Notes under the pieces: model-generated
What the model saw: only the letters and a program-made list of their open reading frames with translations
Databases searched by the model: none
Told to the model about the DNA's origin: nothing
Part shown: one piece after another, positions 5,653 through 10,078 of the stretch
Position numbering within the stretch: the stretch's first letter is position 1
Layout: each line of letters begins with the position of its first letter
Position numbers and translations under genes: made by a program
Assembly: GCA_042216335.1 (NCBI GenBank)
Contig: JBDGTY010000013.1
Location: forward strand, 13,355 to 23,432
Length of the DNA: 10,078 nt
Origin: Candidatus Nanohalobium sp.
GTDB lineage: Archaea; Nanohalarchaeota; Nanosalinia; Nanosalinales; Nanosalinaceae
Reading direction: 5' to 3'

Positions 5653-6315
5653 CAGATCCAGATTAATGTAGTGCTTCACTTTTCCTTCAATTTCTCTGAT
5701 TAGTTTTTCTCCGACTTTGACTTCCACCTTTTCATCAAATATCGGCCCGTCTGTTACGAAGCTGTGGAATTCTCCGTTCTCGCCGCATGAATCAACTTTT
5801 TCCGGGAGTTCTTTAACGAACTCTCTGTCTACCCTGCGACCAGCAAATACTTCGCCTAGTTCTTCGTCCACGCAGACGGTTCTGGCTTTGAATCCGGGCT
5901 CGATGAACTCTTGAATAAGTTCCTCGGTGTCTTCTCCCCAGATTGGCAGTACTGCTTCCAGCGCCACATCTGCCATTGTTTCCTTTCTCTTTTCCCTGGC
6001 TTCTTCAAGGAATATGTCGCCGAACACAACTGCTTCGTACTCTCCCTTGTTCTCCTTCAACCTGTCCGACGCAAGTTCCTGGTATTTTTCCATTGAGCAG
6101 TTCTCCGGAATTTCTATCTTTTCCAGAGGAATGCCGATTGCTTCCGCCTGTCTCTCAATCAGTTTGGGGGACACTCCGTGGATGCTAACCCGGTTGCTTG
6201 AACCTGAAAAACAGGTGATCAATTTGTCCACGCTTATGTCATTCCTTTGCTGGATTCGATTCAGGGCCAGCGCCGAATCTTTTCCACCGCTCCAGAACAT
6301 TACCGCCTTCTTCAT
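5647..6315 (-). CDS. diphthine-ammonia ligase-like (Dph6/DUF71) PP-loop ATPase
   Basis: WSGGKDS PP-loop, HGV...I..QAEAIGIPL, VFGDIFLE, LPIWG, DSCGENGEFHSFVTDGPIF. Confidence 0.88.
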   Translation of the reverse strand: MKKAVMFWSGGKDSALALNRIQQRNDISVDKLITCFSGSSNRVSIHGVSPKLIERQAEAIGIPLEKIEIPENCSMEKYQELASDRLKENKGEYEAVVFGDIFLEEAREKRKETMADVALEAVLPIWGEDTEELIQEFIEPGFKARTVCVDEELGEVFAGRRVDREFVKELPEKVDSCGENGEFHSFVTDGPIFDEKVEVKVGEKLIREIEGKVKHYINLDLS

Positions 6316-6369
6316 AAGAAAAACTGTCGCTGGAAAAACTGATAACTTTCAACTTTCCCAAAGTTCTGC

Positions 6370-6828
6370 ATGATACTGATTCTGGCCGGGAGAAAAGATA
6401 TTCAGAAAGGGCCTGTGAAAGAACTATACTCGCGGTTGTCACTGGATAAGGCCTCGGAACTCATGGAGCTGGAACCGCCCTCTGAGGTAGTCTTCGGCGA
6501 CCAACTGGATAAAATCAGAAAGAAACTAGAACCAGGTACGGAGTTAATAGGCTACTGTTTTGGAGGGACTTACGCACTTAATATTGAGGACGACTGGATC
6601 GATTCAAAGATCGTTATCGATCCGCCTGAAGGAGTAGAAGACTCAAATGGAGAAACAATAGCTCCGGATTTCTCTACAGCAACGTTCCTGATAGGCTCCG
6701 GCAGCATGGATGAGGACGAAGTTCCGGATAGTGTTGAGTCGAAGTTCTTCGATACGGATCACTGGTTTTCAGATTCTAGAGATGGGCTTGTGGATGCCGT
6801 GGCTGAAAGACTGGAAGAAACCTATTAA
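6370..6828 (+). CDS. small alpha/beta-hydrolase-fold protein, dienelactone hydrolase-like
   Basis: Nucleophile elbow IGYCFGG (G-x-C-x-G-G), GSMD, DHWF; 152 aa. Confidence 0.65.
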   Translation: MILILAGRKDIQKGPVKELYSRLSLDKASELMELEPPSEVVFGDQLDKIRKKLEPGTELIGYCFGGTYALNIEDDWIDSKIVIDPPEGVEDSNGETIAPDFSTATFLIGSGSMDEDEVPDSVESKFFDTDHWFSDSRDGLVDAVAERLEETY

Positions 6829-6851
6829 GACTCAAGAACTCAAAGAAAAGT

Positions 6852-7346
6852 ATGAAACTGGGAATAATATCCGACACACACGACCATTTCGACAAGGCGG
6901 AGGAGGCCGCTGACTTCTTCGAAGAAAAGAAAGTGGACAAAGTCATTCACTGTGGTGATATGATCTGTCCCGCGACCGCCGAACTTTTCGACCGTGGCTT
7001 CGACTTCTACGCTGTCCGCGGCAACAATGATGGTGAATGGGGCCTGAAATCCAAGGTGGAAACTTTCGGAAACTTCTACAACAATATCGCAGAGCTCAAG
7101 TTTGATGGATCTGAGATCGCAGTTTATCACGGAACTGAGGAGGAGATGGTCGATGCGATGGTAGAATCAGGAGAGTACGATTATGTTTTCCGTGGCCATA
7201 CTCACGAGAAAAAGGTCAGGGAGGTTGACGGTACTGTCGAGATCAATCCTGGAGGGGTCAGGCTGCCGTGGCAGGAGGAGAGGATTCACACGGTGATCCT
7301 CGATCTGGAGTCGGGCGAGTTCGAGTTCCACAGATTAGAGGTGTAG
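6852..7346 (+). CDS. YfcE/MJ0936-family calcineurin-like metallophosphoesterase
   Basis: ISDTHD, HCGD, RGNND, YHG, GHTH and NPG motifs in canonical order. Confidence 0.93.
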   Translation: MKLGIISDTHDHFDKAEEAADFFEEKKVDKVIHCGDMICPATAELFDRGFDFYAVRGNNDGEWGLKSKVETFGNFYNNIAELKFDGSEIAVYHGTEEEMVDAMVESGEYDYVFRGHTHEKKVREVDGTVEINPGGVRLPWQEERIHTVILDLESGEFEFHRLEV

Positions 7347-7350
7347 AATC

Positions 7351-7470
7351 ATCAAACTGAAGTGTCCGGAGTGCGGTGGGGAGATGAGTTTTGAAGGTTA
7401 CCGACCTCTTTTTCCGGAATGTGTTGAATGTGATGAAAGTTTCCACATCGAAGACTGTGTTGAGGAGTAG
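7351..7470 (+). CDS. small CPxCG-type zinc-finger protein (39 aa), apparent ATC start
   Basis: Manual translation (I/M)KLKCPECGGEMSFEGYRPLFPECVECDESFHIEDCVEE*. CPECG plus CVEC, acidic, fills the gap between neighbours; SD GAGGTG at 7338-7343. Confidence 0.7.
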   Translation: MKLKCPECGGEMSFEGYRPLFPECVECDESFHIEDCVEE

Positions 7471-7502
7471 GTAGTTAAAGTATTGTGGTTGTCTGGTTGG
7501 TT

Positions 7503-7799
7503 ATGTCTATGGAGTATTTGCGTCAGGAGCTGGGAGTGCCTGATGATGCCGAGGAGAAAAGTGTGGATTCCCGTTTCGATAATGTGGATGGTTTTGAGGC
7601 ACTGGAGTTCGAGGGAGATGACTACACCACGGCCTATATAGAGGTTGAGGACTTCAGAAACAAACTGGGTTTCACGCTGGACGAGGTGACAGAGTGGCTG
7701 GACACGCGTTATGAGACAGACTTTGGCTCTGTTGAGATAGATGATTTTGAGTATGGCAATGACTGGATCATCCTGAGAAGACAGAAAACAGGAGAGTGA
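7503..7799 (+). CDS. hypothetical acidic protein (about 98 aa)
   Basis: Highly acidic ORF. ATG 7503 lies about 24 nt below GTTAAAG, consistent with a leaderless start, preferred over GTG 7485. Confidence 0.7.
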   Translation: MSMEYLRQELGVPDDAEEKSVDSRFDNVDGFEALEFEGDDYTTAYIEVEDFRNKLGFTLDEVTEWLDTRYETDFGSVEIDDFEYGNDWIILRRQKTGE

Positions 7800-7808
7800 A
7801 TTTTTAAG
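7800..7808 (+). promoter_or_regulatory. TATA box for leaderless gatA-gatB transcript (the T-run may also terminate the upstream gene)
   Basis: TTTTTAAG ending 22 nt upstream of ATG 7831. Confidence 0.55.
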
Positions 7809-7830
7809 ATTCCTCTGAAACCCTTTCTAC

Positions 7831-9234
7831 ATGAGCATCAGGGAAGTAGTCGAAGGAGACCAGACTGTAGATCAGGAAAGATTCCTGGAAGAGCTGAAGG
7901 AGAAAAACCAGGAACTCAACTTCATGAGAGAAATAGACGAAGACGAAAATTCTTCTGTGTCGAATACCTCTAATGAGGAATCCGGAGAAGAACTGGATAA
8001 TATCCCTTTCGTGGTCAAGGACGCGATCTGCACAGAGGACACGACTACTTCAGCAGGAAGCAAGATACTGGAAAACTATCAACCGGTATTCGACGCAACA
8101 GTAGTTGAAAGATTGAAAGAATCTGGAGCAAAGTTCTACGGCAAGACACAGCAGGACGAGTTCGGCTTCGGAACATTCTCCACGAACTGCGCGTTCGGAA
8201 CACCGAAAAACCCACATGACGACGAGAGGGTTGTCGGAGGTTCTTCTGGAGGCGCTGGAGCAGTGGTCGCAGCGATGGATCAGCCGCTTATCTCCATCGG
8301 AGAATCTACGGGAGGATCCATCACGAATCCAGCAGCATACAACGGAGTCGTCGGCATCACTCCGACCTATGGAAGAGTCTCCCGTTACGGCCTGGTAGAT
8401 TACGCAAACAGCCTGGACAAGATAGGCGTTCTCGCCAAAACAGTATTTGGAGCAGCAAAAGGATTGGAGGTAATCGCCGGTGAAGACGAGAATGACCAGA
8501 CCATCAGCTCCGGGGAAGTCGGAGAGTACTCGGAACTCGAGAAAAAAGATGGTCTGAAAATCGGAGTGCCTAAACAGTACGCGGAACTTGAGGGAATCGA
8601 GGAAGGAGTCAAGGAAAACTTTGAGAACTCTCTGGAAAGGTTCAGGGGCCAGGGTCACGAAATCGTGGAGCTTGACATGCCCCTGCTCTCGGCTGATTAT
8701 GCGCTACCTGCGTACTACGTACTGGCGATGAGCGAAGCTTCAACCAACCTGGCGAAGATGTCAGGCATGCGATACGGCCTAGAGAAAGATCCGGAGAACT
8801 TTGATGACTTCAACGAGTACTTCTCCCAGGTCAGGAGCGAGGGCTTCGGCGAAGAAGCCAAGAGAAGGATACTTCTAGGAACATATACACGCCAGGCAGG
8901 ATACAGGGACCAGTACTACATCAAGGCCGCAGAAGTACGGCAGAAGATAATCAACCAGTTCAAGGAAGCGTTCGAGGAAGTCGACGTACTTGCCTCGCCT
9001 TCCATGCCAAATATCGCGCCGAAGATCGAGGAGGCAGAGGAGATGTCGCCGACCGAGATCTACGCCATGGATACTCTGACTGTCGGACCGAATTTGGCAG
9101 GGATGCCGATGATCTCCGTGCCGAACGGGAAGTCGGAGGGAATGCCGACAGGACTCCACATCATCGGCGACCACTTCGAGGAAGAGAAGATACTTGATGC
9201 AGCCTATACATACACTGGAGGTGAATCGAGATGA
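7831..9234 (+). CDS. gatA: amidotransferase subunit A (amidase signature family)
   Basis: VKD, TSAGSKILENY, GGSSGG, GGSI..PAA, PTYGRVSRYGL, SEASTNLA, RSEGFGEEAKRRILLGTY, NLAGMP.IS.P. Confidence 0.97.
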   Translation: MSIREVVEGDQTVDQERFLEELKEKNQELNFMREIDEDENSSVSNTSNEESGEELDNIPFVVKDAICTEDTTTSAGSKILENYQPVFDATVVERLKESGAKFYGKTQQDEFGFGTFSTNCAFGTPKNPHDDERVVGGSSGGAGAVVAAMDQPLISIGESTGGSITNPAAYNGVVGITPTYGRVSRYGLVDYANSLDKIGVLAKTVFGAAKGLEVIAGEDENDQTISSGEVGEYSELEKKDGLKIGVPKQYAELEGIEEGVKENFENSLERFRGQGHEIVELDMPLLSADYALPAYYVLAMSEASTNLAKMSGMRYGLEKDPENFDDFNEYFSQVRSEGFGEEAKRRILLGTYTRQAGYRDQYYIKAAEVRQKIINQFKEAFEEVDVLASPSMPNIAPKIEEAEEMSPTEIYAMDTLTVGPNLAGMPMISVPNGKSEGMPTGLHIIGDHFEEEKILDAAYTYTGGESR

Positions 9235-10078
9235 GCAATTCAGAAACTGACGTGATGATCGGACTGGAGACTCACGTCCAGCTGGACACGAATACCAAGC
9301 TTTTCTGCGGCTGTCCAAACAAGGAAGCAGAGGAAACCAACACGCACGTCTGTGAAACGTGTCTCGGTCATCCTGGAAGCAAACCACGGCTGAACAGAAA
9401 GGTTCTGAGGCAGGCGGTCAAGACATCTCAGGCACTGCAGTGTGATATCAATGAGGATATCTTCTTCTCAAGGAAGACGTACTTCTACCCTGACATGTCG
9501 AAGAGCTACCAGATCACACAGTACGAGGTGCCTGTCGGAGAGGATGGAGAGATAGAGGTCAAGGTCGGCGACGAAAGGAAAGATATCGGCATCACACGCC
9601 TTCACATCGAAGAAGATCCTGCGAAGATGAAGCACGTCGGCGGCGACATCGGAGACTCGGAATACACCAAGGTAGATTACAACAGGGCCGGAACACCGTT
9701 GCTGGAGATAGTAACAGAACCCGACTTCGAATCGCCGAAGGAAGCAAGGGCCTACCTCCAGCAGCTGGCCCAGATGCTAGAATACCTGAAGATTTACTTC
9801 TCTGAAAGCGACTACTCAATCAAGTCCGACGCCAACATATCTATCGACGGAGGACAGAGGGTAGAGGTCAAGAACATAACGGGGACCGCAGGGATCGAGA
9901 AAGCGTTGAGCTACGAGATCTCCAGACAGAAACAGCTGAAGAAGAGAGGCCGTGAAGTGGAACAGCAGACAAGGAACTACGATGCAAACCAGGAGATCAC
10001 CGAGATGATGAGGGAGAAGGAAACGGAGAAAGACTACGGATACATCTTCGACCCTGACCTCACCAGACAGGAACTCGA
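9231..10078 (+). CDS. gatB: amidotransferase subunit B (partial, 3' end beyond window)
   Basis: Manual translation: MSNSETDVMIGLETHVQLDTNTKLFCGC, RKTYFYPDMSKSYQITQY, LHIEEDPAK, DYNRAGTPLLEIVTEPDF, RVEVKNI, DYGYIFDPDL. ATGA overlap with the gatA stop, SD GGAGGTG; frame open to the window end. Confidence 0.97.
   Translation, partial: MSNSETDVMIGLETHVQLDTNTKLFCGCPNKEAEETNTHVCETCLGHPGSKPRLNRKVLRQAVKTSQALQCDINEDIFFSRKTYFYPDMSKSYQITQYEVPVGEDGEIEVKVGDERKDIGITRLHIEEDPAKMKHVGGDIGDSEYTKVDYNRAGTPLLEIVTEPDFESPKEARAYLQQLAQMLEYLKIYFSESDYSIKSDANISIDGGQRVEVKNITGTAGIEKALSYEISRQKQLKKRGREVEQQTRNYDANQEITEMMREKETEKDYGYIFDPDLTRQEL

Noticed and set aside
7872-9819. Minus-strand ORFs inside gatA and gatB (e.g. 8050..8658, 8875..9387, 9592..9819)
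   Set aside because: Antisense shadows of conserved genes with no independent coding signal.

Overview
Compact, gene-dense archaeal chromosomal segment with strongly acidic, Glu-rich proteins and mostly leaderless TATA-type promoters; by inference a Nanohaloarchaeota/DPANN-like halophile. Left part (minus strand, in transcription order): ftsZ (FtsZ2-like), a degenerate CDP-alcohol-phosphotransferase-like membrane protein, a Zn-finger/KH NusA-like protein, a hypothetical protein, a PHP-family phosphoesterase, and the 5' end of an ABCE1/RLI gene missed by the ORF track. Right part: gatC, about six accessory genes (SAM methyltransferase, Dph6-like PP-loop ATPase, small DLH-like hydrolase, YfcE-type metallophosphoesterase, an unannotated CPxCG micro-protein, a hypothetical), then gatA-gatB (gatB runs off the window). 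Most notable: (1) the ABCE1 Fe-S domain has no cysteines at all; (2) ftsZ is flanked by two long, densely structured non-coding regions: upstream an array of hairpins with different stems but the same GCCC/GGGC loop, and downstream about 470 nt of nested hairpins that display a duplicated G7-8AGGGGAGTG motif.
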